Source: Giardia intestinalis (lineage: Eukaryota). Taken from it: a DNA stretch of 64,000 nucleotides. The DNA lies in NCBI GenBank assembly GCA_000002435.2, contig CM018792.1. One strand, given 5' to 3'. This document shows, piece by piece, positions 44,840 to 55,343 of the stretch. Position numbers and translations under genes: made by a program. Below the pieces are notes generated by a model that ran no database searches, was not told the origin of the DNA, and worked only from the letters and a program-made list of their open reading frames with translations. Every line of letters begins with the position of its first letter. Position 1 is the stretch's first letter.

Positions 44840-47800
44840 ATGCCGCCGACAGACACTAACCAGAGCGTCCAGAAGGCTCAATCAATATTAGATAAATTAG
44901 TAGAAGATAACATCATCGACCGCACGCTCCACAGCATATTTCTGTCAAAGTACAAGAAGGCTGTTGATGTGCTCACTCAATCCCTGCAGAATGAAGCCGT
45001 GCACCTTAACCATCTACAAGATCTCACCACGATGATAGAGACGACAGAACAGACGCTGCAGAGCGAGACCAGGAAGCAGTCTGCCGTCGCCCAGCAGATT
45101 CTGCGGCTGAGGACGGAGCTTTCAGAGAGGGAATCGTGCATTGTGACGCTTCAAGACGACTACACGAAGCTCTCTGCTGAAGAAACCATGCTTATGGAGG
45201 AAAAGACTCTGCTTGAACACGAGCTCACTCTTAGGCGAAATGAATATGCAGAGTCTCTTAGACCACGTATTGCTGCTTTAGAAATGGAGAACAAGGGTAC
45301 TCGTGATAGCATAGCATCCATGGAAGCAATCGAATCGAACTTACAGGCGGAAATAGCACTCAGCGCGAAGCAGCTGGATACCCTTGTCTCTGCCAATAAT
45401 GTTATAGAAGATGAACTGCGGAAGATAACCACAGACAAACAGAGAGCAGGATTGTTGCCAGAAAAGTATCAGCGGCAAGCTGCACTAGTACAGCAGGCGC
45501 TAAATGCTGCCCAAGTCGATGCACAGAAACGTGAAAAGCGATATAATGAGGTGCAAGGTTCATTTGAAAGCGCGCAGGCATCTCTCGAGAACATCAATAA
45601 AGAAATAGCCAACATATGTAACCAGTACACTGATCTCCGCAGCACAGCACTGGCAGCTTGTGTTAAGGAAACTGAACAACATACCAAAGAGCTGCGACAG
45701 ATCAAGACACAGATACGTACTTTGACAGAGGAAAATGCCGTCTTAATGCTCAAAGAAAAGACAACCAAAGCTGCTAAGCAGCTAGACCTTTCGAATGTTG
45801 ACAATTTAAACAAGCAAATAAAAGCACAGCAAAAGAAGATCCAGCGGGTAGAGGCGTTGATATCAAGGAACGAAGAAGCACTAGAGCCGGTGCAAAAGCA
45901 GCTTAAAGACGTTGCAGAGGAAATAAGTACAGAGAAGAATAAGGCCAAGGTTACGACTTCTAAAGTGGAGGCAGTGCGGGGCGAATTGCATAAGAAGATG
46001 CTTCTCTTAGCTAACTCCCTTAACGTGGACGACGACTTTTCTAAGAAGCTGTTGGGGGCTGCAGATTGCAACAAAAAGCACCAGCAAACAGTCAATGAGG
46101 CAGCTGCAGAGTCTAGAGAGCTGGCGGTGCAGATAAAGGTTTGTCAATCTGCACAGCAGGCAGAGACCTCGAGGCTCGCCAAACTTAACTCGAACCTTAA
46201 GCAGCTCATCAGCGAGTTACAAGTTAAAGATACAGAGGCCGACCGATTGTCAATAGAACTGCACAATCTCGAGTCCCGTATGGCAGATTTTTCAATCATG
46301 TACGAGCAGCTGAAAACTCAGAAGAACCGATTGGCTCGCCTGTCGCAAGAAGCCAAGCTTGCAATTTCAGAAATTCAGAAGAAAATTGCAGTGTTAACAT
46401 CCGAGTCCGAGCTTCTTTCTAACGAGTCGCGAGAAAAGTCAAACTTGCTTTCACGTCAAGCCATTGATACAAAAGATGCCCGGCGCAAGGCATCTCAGAT
46501 GTGCCAGAAGCTAGCAGATCAGAAGCGCATCCTCCGTAATCTACACGAGGAGGTCGAACAGCACGTTTCAGAAATAGAGAGCCTGGGGTCCTTGATTGCC
46601 AACGCAGAACAGCAGCTCTTTCAGTTACGAAACATGTACATTGAGGCTGTCGAGCAAAGAAACTATGCCGGAATACAATTGGTTGAGCGAAATGATGAAC
46701 TTTGCATGCTCTATGAGAGGCTCCACACGCAGGAAAACATCCTGCGTGACGCTGAGATCTTTATGAGTGCTCGAGAGGAAGATTTAAGAGTACTAAATAT
46801 AATGTATAAGGAACTTGAGAACGAACGCAATATTGTACGGAAAGACGTTACTACGGATCTCCCGAAATTAATTGAGGAGCGGGCATCTGTCCTCCAAGAA
46901 CTTGCTGAAGCACGTGCTGACAATGAGCAGCTTCTTTTGGATATCCGCGGCGGTGCTTGCGTAAAAGACGACGCAAAGGTAGAGATTTTGGACTTGACTA
47001 ATATCTATGATCCTCAACGGGCCGTTAAACCCGCTGATCCTGACGAGATTTTATTGACAAATGTTATAGATGCGCTAGATGACGGCCAGGGCAGTAATGA
47101 GTTGTCTAGAACTGCAAGCCTCAAGAAACTGAACCAACCTCTGCCGAGAATAGGATCTCTCTCTGCAGATAGCGCAGGAACAAAATCACAAGCACTGGAC
47201 AAATCAGCAACCCAAAAACAAGCAATTAGAAAGCGTACGCTAGGGAAAACGGAGCCGCTAATGGCAAAGTGGAACATGGTCGGGGCGACAGAGCCCGTGT
47301 CGCAGGAAAAGTTATTAGCCAAACAAAGGACGATAGAGGGTCGCATGCAGACTGTTCGGGAGACACTGCTAGAGAAGTTCATATTCAATGAAGAACTGGA
47401 TAGACTAATTGCACAGCTCCAAGAAGATATAGAAGCAGCAAAGCGCGCAGTACCAGCAGAGATCACCACCAAACTCAACTCTACACGAACCCAGCTACGA
47501 GGTGTTACCCGAAAGCTAATGGCCATGGTGTCCGAAGTCTCTATGGAGCAAGCCACAATCATGAAGTTGAAGGCTGTTGCCGAGCAGTTAGAAGATACCG
47601 TGGTCGCCGCAAAGGAGCGTCTAAACATGGGTCTTGCACCAACAGATGAGATAGAGCACGAATGGCTAATTGCGCATCAACATGAAGTGGAGTATCAGCA
47701 CAGCAGAATGTTACTTGAGCAAGAGCTGGCTTCACAAGTTCCTGGCCTTGTACAAACGACTGCTAAGCCTCGATTCGACAGCTATATGTCTCAAGAGAGT

Positions 47801-47908
47801 GGGCTGCCACGGCCCTACGGTGGAAGGGCGCCATTTGCCCCTGCAGATCCTGCACCAAATATCTCCAGGTTCATCAAAAAGCCAGGGCCAGTAGCCATAG
47901 AAATATAG
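44840..47908 (+). CDS. long coiled-coil protein, 1022 aa
   Basis: The ATG at 44840 follows ttttataaaatttga. Heptad-like E/K/Q/L-rich sequence runs through almost the whole protein (...LQSETRKQSAVAQQILRLRTELSERES...), as expected for a cytoskeletal or axonemal coiled-coil protein. Confidence 0.7.
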   Translation: MPPTDTNQSVQKAQSILDKLVEDNIIDRTLHSIFLSKYKKAVDVLTQSLQNEAVHLNHLQDLTTMIETTEQTLQSETRKQSAVAQQILRLRTELSERESCIVTLQDDYTKLSAEETMLMEEKTLLEHELTLRRNEYAESLRPRIAALEMENKGTRDSIASMEAIESNLQAEIALSAKQLDTLVSANNVIEDELRKITTDKQRAGLLPEKYQRQAALVQQALNAAQVDAQKREKRYNEVQGSFESAQASLENINKEIANICNQYTDLRSTALAACVKETEQHTKELRQIKTQIRTLTEENAVLMLKEKTTKAAKQLDLSNVDNLNKQIKAQQKKIQRVEALISRNEEALEPVQKQLKDVAEEISTEKNKAKVTTSKVEAVRGELHKKMLLLANSLNVDDDFSKKLLGAADCNKKHQQTVNEAAAESRELAVQIKVCQSAQQAETSRLAKLNSNLKQLISELQVKDTEADRLSIELHNLESRMADFSIMYEQLKTQKNRLARLSQEAKLAISEIQKKIAVLTSESELLSNESREKSNLLSRQAIDTKDARRKASQMCQKLADQKRILRNLHEEVEQHVSEIESLGSLIANAEQQLFQLRNMYIEAVEQRNYAGIQLVERNDELCMLYERLHTQENILRDAEIFMSAREEDLRVLNIMYKELENERNIVRKDVTTDLPKLIEERASVLQELAEARADNEQLLLDIRGGACVKDDAKVEILDLTNIYDPQRAVKPADPDEILLTNVIDALDDGQGSNELSRTASLKKLNQPLPRIGSLSADSAGTKSQALDKSATQKQAIRKRTLGKTEPLMAKWNMVGATEPVSQEKLLAKQRTIEGRMQTVRETLLEKFIFNEELDRLIAQLQEDIEAAKRAVPAEITTKLNSTRTQLRGVTRKLMAMVSEVSMEQATIMKLKAVAEQLEDTVVAAKERLNMGLAPTDEIEHEWLIAHQHEVEYQHSRMLLEQELASQVPGLVQTTAKPRFDSYMSQESGLPRPYGGRAPFAPADPAPNISRFIKKPGPVAIEI

Positions 47909-48110
47909 ATAGCAGCTTAAGGGTAGACAGTCGTGGTTAATGAGGAGCTTCTGTAGGAGTTGCAAGTTATTGTATAATGGCGCTCTTTGAAGGGTGTTGT
48001 ACATAAAGTGAAGCATAGTGTTACTATGTTCTCCATGTTCATTTATAACCTTGTGGCACAAACTGGATGGTCAGGACATACGTGTGATGTAGAGCACTTT
48101 AATAGTCTGA

Positions 48111-49574
48111 TTACCCACATCTATTTGCTGCAGAACATCCTCGAGGAGAGCTTACACTGTTACTTTTTCTGCATTTACAGTCAGTATTCAGCTTAATCCA
48201 TCCTACGCTAGTCTTTGTAACCACTGTTGTTTCGTTGAGATGAAATGTTGCTGGATTGCTGGGATTGTTTATTGCCGGACTGAAAATTGTAATAAATGTG
48301 TTACCATCTGGTGATACTGGTCTAAATCGCTTGTCTTTGTGAATGGTTATGTCTGCACTTCTGGGTGTATTGGGTATACTTGTGCTTCTTGCTGATGATC
48401 CATGATTTGTGTATCCTATGTTTCGTATCTGCAGAGGGAACTCTATGGGCACTGAGGTGTAAGGGCTGCTAATAGGGCCTCCTAGCTTCAACAGTGGGGA
48501 AGGCCGAACGATCAGGTGCGACGTTGGCCGTGTACTGGAGACTTTCTTAGGTGACAGTTGCGGTTTTCGAGTTGTGGAATTAGCACCTCGTTTGTTACTA
48601 TTTGGATTGCTTGGGAGCATAGAGGGAGTAGGTGAGGATACAGTGGTGGGTCTGGTCGGGCTGTTTGACCGAAGACTAGGTCGTAGATGCATCGTGGGAG
48701 TTGTGGGAGACGGGGTATTTTTATCTATACCTGTTGCATTGCGTTTAAACGAGAGGAGATTGCTTCCTTCATTGAGTAGCTTGTTTGTGCATGACAGCGG
48801 ATACAAACTGGGCGAATTATGTCTTTGACGAACTGACGCTGGAGGCGAGGAAATGGAAGGCCGAGCTAGTGAGGATTGACGGCGCTGCACTTGATTGGGG
48901 CTTGCTGACAAGGAAGATCTTTTCTGTTGCCGCCACGCAGGACTTGCAGAGGTAAAGCAAACAACTTGTGGCACTTTAGTCATAGTGTATATTGCATTAT
49001 GTGCCTTAGAACTAAAAGCTGACCGTCGTGATAGCTGTGTAAGAGGGATCTGGTTAACGGCAGTGTTCTCTATGGGAGAAGTACCCTTGTAAGCTCTACC
49101 GCTAGTGGATGGGGTGTTAGTGGGTGGATCTAAGTGTGGCTTATCTGTACGTGCGGCCCTGCTACACCCAGCACTGACTGGTGAAGTACTGCTTCGAGTA
49201 TGGTTTAGTCCAGTACCAGAGCCCAGAGGCTTAGCAAGTGATGTTGTTAATGATGTGCTTGTAGTAGCGCGATGATAGGAAACAACGGGCGCAGATCCTA
49301 TGCGGCTGGCATGTACTGTAGGGGTGGCAAAGGCCGCCATATCGATAAGGTCATCACTGCTACTGTCGCTACACGCTAACTGCATAGAAACAAGAGAAGG
49401 GTCGTATGTGCTGAGGTAAGGGGCGTGTGCAGAGGCGGAAAGACTGGCCAATTGAGTTGTCCGATTGGATGAATTCTGGGATAACTGCAGCGTCCCAGAA
49501 GCTATATCATCGAGCCGGATTGGATGAATGAGCTCAATGTTCACTGAACTATCATCAAAGGGGGAACCTTCCAT
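48111..49574 (-). CDS. Ser/Thr/Pro-rich low-complexity protein, 487 aa
   Basis: The ATG is confirmed (cat at 49572-49574) and AT-rich sequence lies upstream. Composition is dominated by S, T and P (SPTRPTTVSSPTPSMLPSNPNSNKRGANSTTRKPQLSPKKVSSTRPTS...), with no globular-domain signature. Confidence 0.55.
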   Translation of the reverse strand: MEGSPFDDSSVNIELIHPIRLDDIASGTLQLSQNSSNRTTQLASLSASAHAPYLSTYDPSLVSMQLACSDSSSDDLIDMAAFATPTVHASRIGSAPVVSYHRATTSTSLTTSLAKPLGSGTGLNHTRSSTSPVSAGCSRAARTDKPHLDPPTNTPSTSGRAYKGTSPIENTAVNQIPLTQLSRRSAFSSKAHNAIYTMTKVPQVVCFTSASPAWRQQKRSSLSASPNQVQRRQSSLARPSISSPPASVRQRHNSPSLYPLSCTNKLLNEGSNLLSFKRNATGIDKNTPSPTTPTMHLRPSLRSNSPTRPTTVSSPTPSMLPSNPNSNKRGANSTTRKPQLSPKKVSSTRPTSHLIVRPSPLLKLGGPISSPYTSVPIEFPLQIRNIGYTNHGSSARSTSIPNTPRSADITIHKDKRFRPVSPDGNTFITIFSPAINNPSNPATFHLNETTVVTKTSVGWIKLNTDCKCRKSNSVSSPRGCSAANRCG

Positions 49575-49611
49575 TAAAAATTATCCAAACCATTTTACCT
49601 TAGGATTTAGT

Positions 49612-51072
49612 TTACATGTCTGTAAGTAGAGTGTCGCTTATAGATAGAGTGCGCTCTAATGGTTTCTTTTTCAGAATAACACCATCCTCATTAACCTTTT
49701 CCATAAGCACATAGGACCGACCAGACCTGTCTCCATAAATAGATACGGTAGAGTGCGGCGCAGAATCACCAGTAGCCATTGATACTTCTTGAGAAGAAAA
49801 CTGCTGAACACCCGCTAATGAAGCATCTGTCATTGAGTACGTACTCAGTGATCGTTTTGTCTTGCTCGCGGAAATCTGGGCCTCTTTAACAGGGACAGGC
49901 AGCAATGGGTCGAACGCTTCAATGGTCCGCTCCAAGGGAATGTTAACGGCTGTGCTAGTGGCAAGCGGATAAACAGGTATATATGATGTGCAATCTACCA
50001 ATCGTGCACAGATGAGAAGAAGCGAATGGACAAGGCCCCCCATGAAGTCATGATTGATACCTACTTGGGTTTGCTTAGGAAACAGAAGAGCAAGGACGAT
50101 GTGGGAATCAAATTGAGTAGTGGACGCAGAAGGCTGTAAAATGCACTTGATGAGCAGTAGCTGAACCGGAAAAACTATTTCGTCTAGAGAGCTATTGCTT
50201 GAAGACGCCGATAACACACTCAGGCTGAGGTCGTCATCGGACCCAGGCCGATTTGATCCGTCACTCTGAAGCCTCTCAGTTGAAGCAAGATCCTTTGGCA
50301 AAACAGAGTTAGTCAGTTTTCTAATCCTATCTCGAACAAGAGAAAGGTTCCCTAAGGACTCGTCGAAGAAGAGGTTTTGCAGAGACACATAGTTGCGGCT
50401 TGGGATTGCTTGGCCAACGGGGAGATCTGAAAAGACAGTGACTGCAGACTTAATTAGGACAAAGTTAGTCAGAAAAGGCCCCAAATCGCTCACTACAGTC
50501 CTCCCATTTCTAATCAAAGCACCGCCTATGGAGTGCAGTACCGTCCGCATGTGACTTAGTAGGGTTGCAGAAGCTAAAATGGGGGTAAGGAGATGCTTAG
50601 GAAGGGGAATATGATGGCAGTCGCGCAGTAGAACCAGTGCAAATGGAGAATCGGCCAAGAACCGAAACAGGAATGCATTCAGTGCAGAGGTTGTGGAGTC
50701 GTTTAAGCTGTTCAGCAAAGAGGGTGGCCGGTAATCCGGCAGATGTGCATATATTAGAAGAAGAACCATGTCCAAGGCGGCTAATATGTCGTCTGGTGGC
50801 ACCCGCTGGTCTTTAATAAACACAACATATGTCTGGTCTCTTCGTGCTATTCCAACTGTCTTTGAATCTATGTTGAATATGGTATGCTTATGTGCTGAAG
50901 AGCCAGAGAGCTCGTTAAGTACCGAAAATCCTCCAATGTATACAAGTAGCTGATCTCGCTCTCTCCTTGCCTCAGAGGATGCCGTCACATTTTTTCCCTC
51001 CTTGTAAAGGTAGTGTAGAGTCGAAGACTCTGTTTCACTATTTCCAACTGTGAAGACGGCACATGAGTTCAT
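49612..51072 (-). CDS. hypothetical protein, about 486 aa
   Basis: The ORF is uninterrupted. The ORF-track start at 51186 is a TTG; the first ATG (MNSCAVFTVGN) is at 51072-51070, with gcaaggtaaaagcaaaa upstream. Confidence 0.55.
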   Translation of the reverse strand: MNSCAVFTVGNSETESSTLHYLYKEGKNVTASSEARRERDQLLVYIGGFSVLNELSGSSAHKHTIFNIDSKTVGIARRDQTYVVFIKDQRVPPDDILAALDMVLLLIYAHLPDYRPPSLLNSLNDSTTSALNAFLFRFLADSPFALVLLRDCHHIPLPKHLLTPILASATLLSHMRTVLHSIGGALIRNGRTVVSDLGPFLTNFVLIKSAVTVFSDLPVGQAIPSRNYVSLQNLFFDESLGNLSLVRDRIRKLTNSVLPKDLASTERLQSDGSNRPGSDDDLSLSVLSASSSNSSLDEIVFPVQLLLIKCILQPSASTTQFDSHIVLALLFPKQTQVGINHDFMGGLVHSLLLICARLVDCTSYIPVYPLATSTAVNIPLERTIEAFDPLLPVPVKEAQISASKTKRSLSTYSMTDASLAGVQQFSSQEVSMATGDSAPHSTVSIYGDRSGRSYVLMEKVNEDGVILKKKPLERTLSISDTLLTDM

Positions 51073-51505
51073 TTTTGCTTTTACCTTGCTTTGCTGATTG
51101 TTTCTAATTGTGGCAAGGTTGGTTCTTTGGTCCTCTGACTGCAGTGTGTAGCAACATCGCTCCTGAGCTGACTTTTGTATGGACAAAGCCTGTGTGAAGA
51201 ACGACGGAGAGCACCTCAGGCAACAGGGGCCTGCTCATTTGCAGCTCACCAGATGCTTGGCTCCAAATATGATTGAACTCCCTTTTAGAGAAAGATCTTA
51301 GTGTGCTCAGTATGCTTTCGACGCCATGAAAAACATATCTAGGGTGTCGTTCGTTTGCAGCGATGTTGTAAGATATAGATTTTAGCGAGATGCTGAGCTG
51401 CTGCAAAGAGGGTATAGAACAGGCACAGATATCTAATTTCCAATCCAAAATTGGCTTTTACTTCGGTTTTTACTAATTTCGTTATCAAGAGCTGCCACAT
51501 ACCAA

Positions 51506-54500
51506 TCACTTCAACATACAAGCCCACATATTGGCCGATGCACTGATGTGCCTTGTAAAAAGCTCGATTTGCCTGAGAACATACTCGAATCTGATCCGAT
51601 AGGAATTCGAAATAAAGTTTAGAGACTCTTTAAGCAGCATGAGTATTGGAAGGGCTATGGTTGTCAGTCCCACAGTTTCACGCAGCACTATTGTATCTAG
51701 TGGGTATGTACTCTTATTTAGACATGGCTCCTGGTTTGGTAGAACATAGGATAAGAGCTGCATTTCTTCCTCTACATCCAGATGCTTACTGACAGATAAG
51801 TGGAGAGACGTGGCCTTATTGTAAGCCTGAGCCGAGAACAGTAGAAAGGAAGTGAAGAGCTTGCAAAGCTTCAATTTAAAAGCCTCCAGCTCGGTGTCCA
51901 TGCTTCTATCGGTCAACGATTGAAGGATATCGTAGTAATTCGTTACAGCGATGTCCTCTGAAAAGCTCCGTGAAAACGTCAGATAAAACGACCTTATACG
52001 TCTTCGAGTAATCAAGTCGGAATGAGCTAAGAGTCCGGATTGCACTATAGCAATCCATCCTGCTGCTGTACAGAAATTTGTAGAGGGTGCAATATCTGCA
52101 TATAGATCGGCAAGCCAATGAGCCGAGGAGATAAGGGCCTTATTAGAAAGACCAGAGTGCTTGTACGTACTGCATAAAGCTGAAAGAAGCATTGCTAGGA
52201 TAACATCCTTGGGCAGAAACCCGGGGGCATCGTGCTCCATAGAGCAAAGGAATACAAATGCAGTTCTGATAACGTAAATCACTGTCGAGCTATTATAATA
52301 AACACTCGTCTCGTTGGTTGTAAGCCACAGGCACAGAGTGGATATTGCCTCAAGAGGTAAGCGAAAGTCAGTTATTAAGCCGAGATGGTGTAGTGCAGAA
52401 TATAGTAGCCTGAATAGCTTAATGCGATTGGAGATAATCGTTACTTGAATATGCTTAGATGAGTCGACGGGTGTTCGCACAATCATCCGAGGAGACTTCT
52501 CTGTTCCGTCTCTAGAGTGAGCAAACTGAAAACTTATTGACTTTGAGCCACAAGCGTCTGTCTCTTGGAAGCTGGGCCAAAAGCTGCAATCTGCATAAGA
52601 GTTAATGCTCAAAATAAAAGCCTCTGTGCTGAAGAATGCGTGCTTTGGAATGCATAATCCATGAAACTTGCGCTTCTCTCTGTCGTCTAGATCTTTGAAG
52701 AGTGGGTGGACTGGCTGATTAAGCTGGACGATGTGCTTCACTAGGTACGTGCCGATAAAGGATTTAGTCTTAAGACTCAATCTGCAGTTAGAAGAGTCTG
52801 TCTCTTTAAGCTTCTCCATGCTGTCAAAAGACGGTCTTGGGCAGAATGTTGTAGAAAGGAATTCATCCACAGATTTGGTGAGGTCTGTGGAGTCCGTAGA
52901 TAACGAGGTGTAAACGCAAAGCAATGAACTGCTGCCCTTGGTAGGTACAAGGCTGGACTGTAGGTTGTACTTCGATAGAATGCGCTTGTAGGAGCTGTGC
53001 CTTCGCGAACCAACAAGAGGATACATTATCTGCTGTATGTAGTCAATGGAATGGGACGTCTCCAGGGAGAAGAGCCTGTTGTGCACGCCGACAAACTCTA
53101 AGTCTTGGATAGATGACATAAGGCGCTTGCTCATGGCAGAATCTCGGCCTTCTATGCGAAAAATATGCGCAGTTATATCGGAAAGTTGTTTAAAGAGACA
53201 TTTGTTAAGGAAGCAGCTTTTTCGACTAAAGTATCCTAAGTGTGTACCTGCAATCGATTGAGATCTTTTTCTCCACAACTGTGGGGCGTGTGACTGATGG
53301 GGCGAGGTAGTATCCGACATAACGCATGAAATGGCTTCAGGAATGAACAAGGCCAGTAACGGGTTTAAGTGCAGCATGTCGTAGAAGGCCGAAACCTTCT
53401 CGTGCTGACCATATTGCTTGAAGAGCTTGTGGAGAGCCTTTTTAAAGTAAGGCTCCCCGTGTAGCGATACCTTATCAAAAAGAATACTAATTATAAGTGC
53501 ACTAATGCCTAAAGGGGATTGGTAGAATGCTGGTATGATGAAATCAGTCAGGAAAGAATAGGCGCACTTCTCTGGAAGAGAAAGGATATCGAGGGCCTCC
53601 CTCTGTAGCTCCGGCAGGGACCCAGAGGTGGGTGAGCGCAGGAGCAGAGTAAGAACCCTTTCATTTATCTTTTGCACAACCTTCGGGGGGAAGTACTGAG
53701 AGTCTTGGAACCACCAAGTGCTGAGGGTGACGGTGCTTTCCTTAATAAGGTTGATGTTCTGTGCAACAAGCAGCTGCAATCTATATAGGCTGGCATCATA
53801 TAAAAATAAAAGCCTTTCAACAGCTTGTGTAGAGTAGGAAGAATATCTGAGAAAGAGCTTGAGCAGAGTGGGGTCCGTGACAATATGCAGTAGGGAACGA
53901 GAAGAATGGAAGGGAGAGGCTTCACCGTTTTTACCGAAATGCGTAATAGCAATATTTCCATCCAGTGCCAATGTGAATCTGACGGTGATCAACGTCGTAA
54001 TTATGATGTAGTGAGTATCTGGCTGAAGCATAGACTCTCTAGAGAAAGCAAACACAAGCGTTATGAGCTTGACAACCCTGCGTACAATGAGTTTGTACAC
54101 ATTGTTAGATAAGGAGTAAATGAGGAGCATCTGCTTGAAGAAATTGTTTAGGTTGGGTTCGTGATAGGATAGTTGGCACAAGTCTGGACGTAGGGAGGCA
54201 CAACTAAGAGCACAGGAGTGCTTATGCAAGAGATATAATAAGATACATTCAGTGACAGAGAACACCACCAACAACACACAGGAGATAACGGTTGCAGTGT
54301 TATTGGAGCGCATAGAAATATCAACGCGCCCTGGGTGCGTGGTCAATTCACGGTAAATTGAAAGAGCCACAACTGGAAACAGAAAAGGTACTATAGTGCG
54401 TAGATACAAGCGAGACCACACACGTGAGACACCATGAGACAGAATCGTTAAGTGTGCAAGCATAGGCAACGCTGTATCTTCGAGTAGAAAGATAAAGGAC

Positions 54501-54838
54501 AAGACCCTAAACAGGCATGTCCCTAGAGGCACGGCATATGAGCCTGAAAAGACAAGAAGGAGTGATATAAAATATAGAGTTACTAGACATACTTTAGAAA
54601 CAGAGATATAAGTAGACATTTCCAACACCCGCAGAAGCCATCCGCCAAAGATATCGTTTGCGCCATCAACCGGCGACGGCTGTGAGTGTATTGATGCTTG
54701 TAAACCGACATCGGGGCCTTGATGCATGATGGTAGATGTAGACCTTCTGGGCCGCGACGTCCGGGGCAGAAAGTACACAAGCACTGCCACCAGCATGTAA
54801 ACGGCCCACGCTTCAACAACCAAATTGGGCAATAGCAT
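51506..54838 (-). CDS. hypothetical multi-pass membrane protein, about 1110 aa
   Basis: The ORF-track start at 54862 is a GTG; the first ATG (MLLPNLVVEAWAVYMLVAVLVYFL) is at 54838-54836, with AT-rich sequence upstream. The N-terminal ~250 aa contain five or more hydrophobic helices, and the remainder is a large soluble region. Confidence 0.55.
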   Translation of the reverse strand: MLLPNLVVEAWAVYMLVAVLVYFLPRTSRPRRSTSTIMHQGPDVGLQASIHSQPSPVDGANDIFGGWLLRVLEMSTYISVSKVCLVTLYFISLLLVFSGSYAVPLGTCLFRVLSFIFLLEDTALPMLAHLTILSHGVSRVWSRLYLRTIVPFLFPVVALSIYRELTTHPGRVDISMRSNNTATVISCVLLVVFSVTECILLYLLHKHSCALSCASLRPDLCQLSYHEPNLNNFFKQMLLIYSLSNNVYKLIVRRVVKLITLVFAFSRESMLQPDTHYIIITTLITVRFTLALDGNIAITHFGKNGEASPFHSSRSLLHIVTDPTLLKLFLRYSSYSTQAVERLLFLYDASLYRLQLLVAQNINLIKESTVTLSTWWFQDSQYFPPKVVQKINERVLTLLLRSPTSGSLPELQREALDILSLPEKCAYSFLTDFIIPAFYQSPLGISALIISILFDKVSLHGEPYFKKALHKLFKQYGQHEKVSAFYDMLHLNPLLALFIPEAISCVMSDTTSPHQSHAPQLWRKRSQSIAGTHLGYFSRKSCFLNKCLFKQLSDITAHIFRIEGRDSAMSKRLMSSIQDLEFVGVHNRLFSLETSHSIDYIQQIMYPLVGSRRHSSYKRILSKYNLQSSLVPTKGSSSLLCVYTSLSTDSTDLTKSVDEFLSTTFCPRPSFDSMEKLKETDSSNCRLSLKTKSFIGTYLVKHIVQLNQPVHPLFKDLDDREKRKFHGLCIPKHAFFSTEAFILSINSYADCSFWPSFQETDACGSKSISFQFAHSRDGTEKSPRMIVRTPVDSSKHIQVTIISNRIKLFRLLYSALHHLGLITDFRLPLEAISTLCLWLTTNETSVYYNSSTVIYVIRTAFVFLCSMEHDAPGFLPKDVILAMLLSALCSTYKHSGLSNKALISSAHWLADLYADIAPSTNFCTAAGWIAIVQSGLLAHSDLITRRRIRSFYLTFSRSFSEDIAVTNYYDILQSLTDRSMDTELEAFKLKLCKLFTSFLLFSAQAYNKATSLHLSVSKHLDVEEEMQLLSYVLPNQEPCLNKSTYPLDTIVLRETVGLTTIALPILMLLKESLNFISNSYRIRFEYVLRQIELFTRHISASANMWACMLK

Positions 54839-55343
54839 TTGTTCAGTGCTTACAGTACTCACGTACTTAGAGAGTTAATTTTAAGGTGGAATTTACAACA
54901 ATAGAAGCCGGCGTATCTTCGCAAGTTTTAAATTAATTGAGAAACCTGTTGATGAAAGTAGTCGATGGATTGAACAGATTGGCCCGTAGTCAGCACACAT
55001 GCGCACACCTGATCCTTTAACACAAAGATGTAGTTACACAGTCTATTAAGATTGACAACACTAGATTGTAGAAGCCCGGCAAATTATATCACTCACAATG
55101 ATTATAACGGAGGAGCTGGTCTATGGTGTGCAGGCTCTATCAGTACCAACACCGTTCAAACTCATAAGCATTGTACAGTTGTTCGCATAGCATGCATCTA
55201 GCTGTAGGTTCTCCGCAAAATGTCATTTGTGGGCTCACACGGCGGTCCAAGTGACAACCAAAATAAAAATCGTCGCTTTGGAGGTTCACTCCATTCTGCA
55301 GTGCAAGGTTGCTTTTTCTCCGGTTTACTTACTCTGTGTTGGA

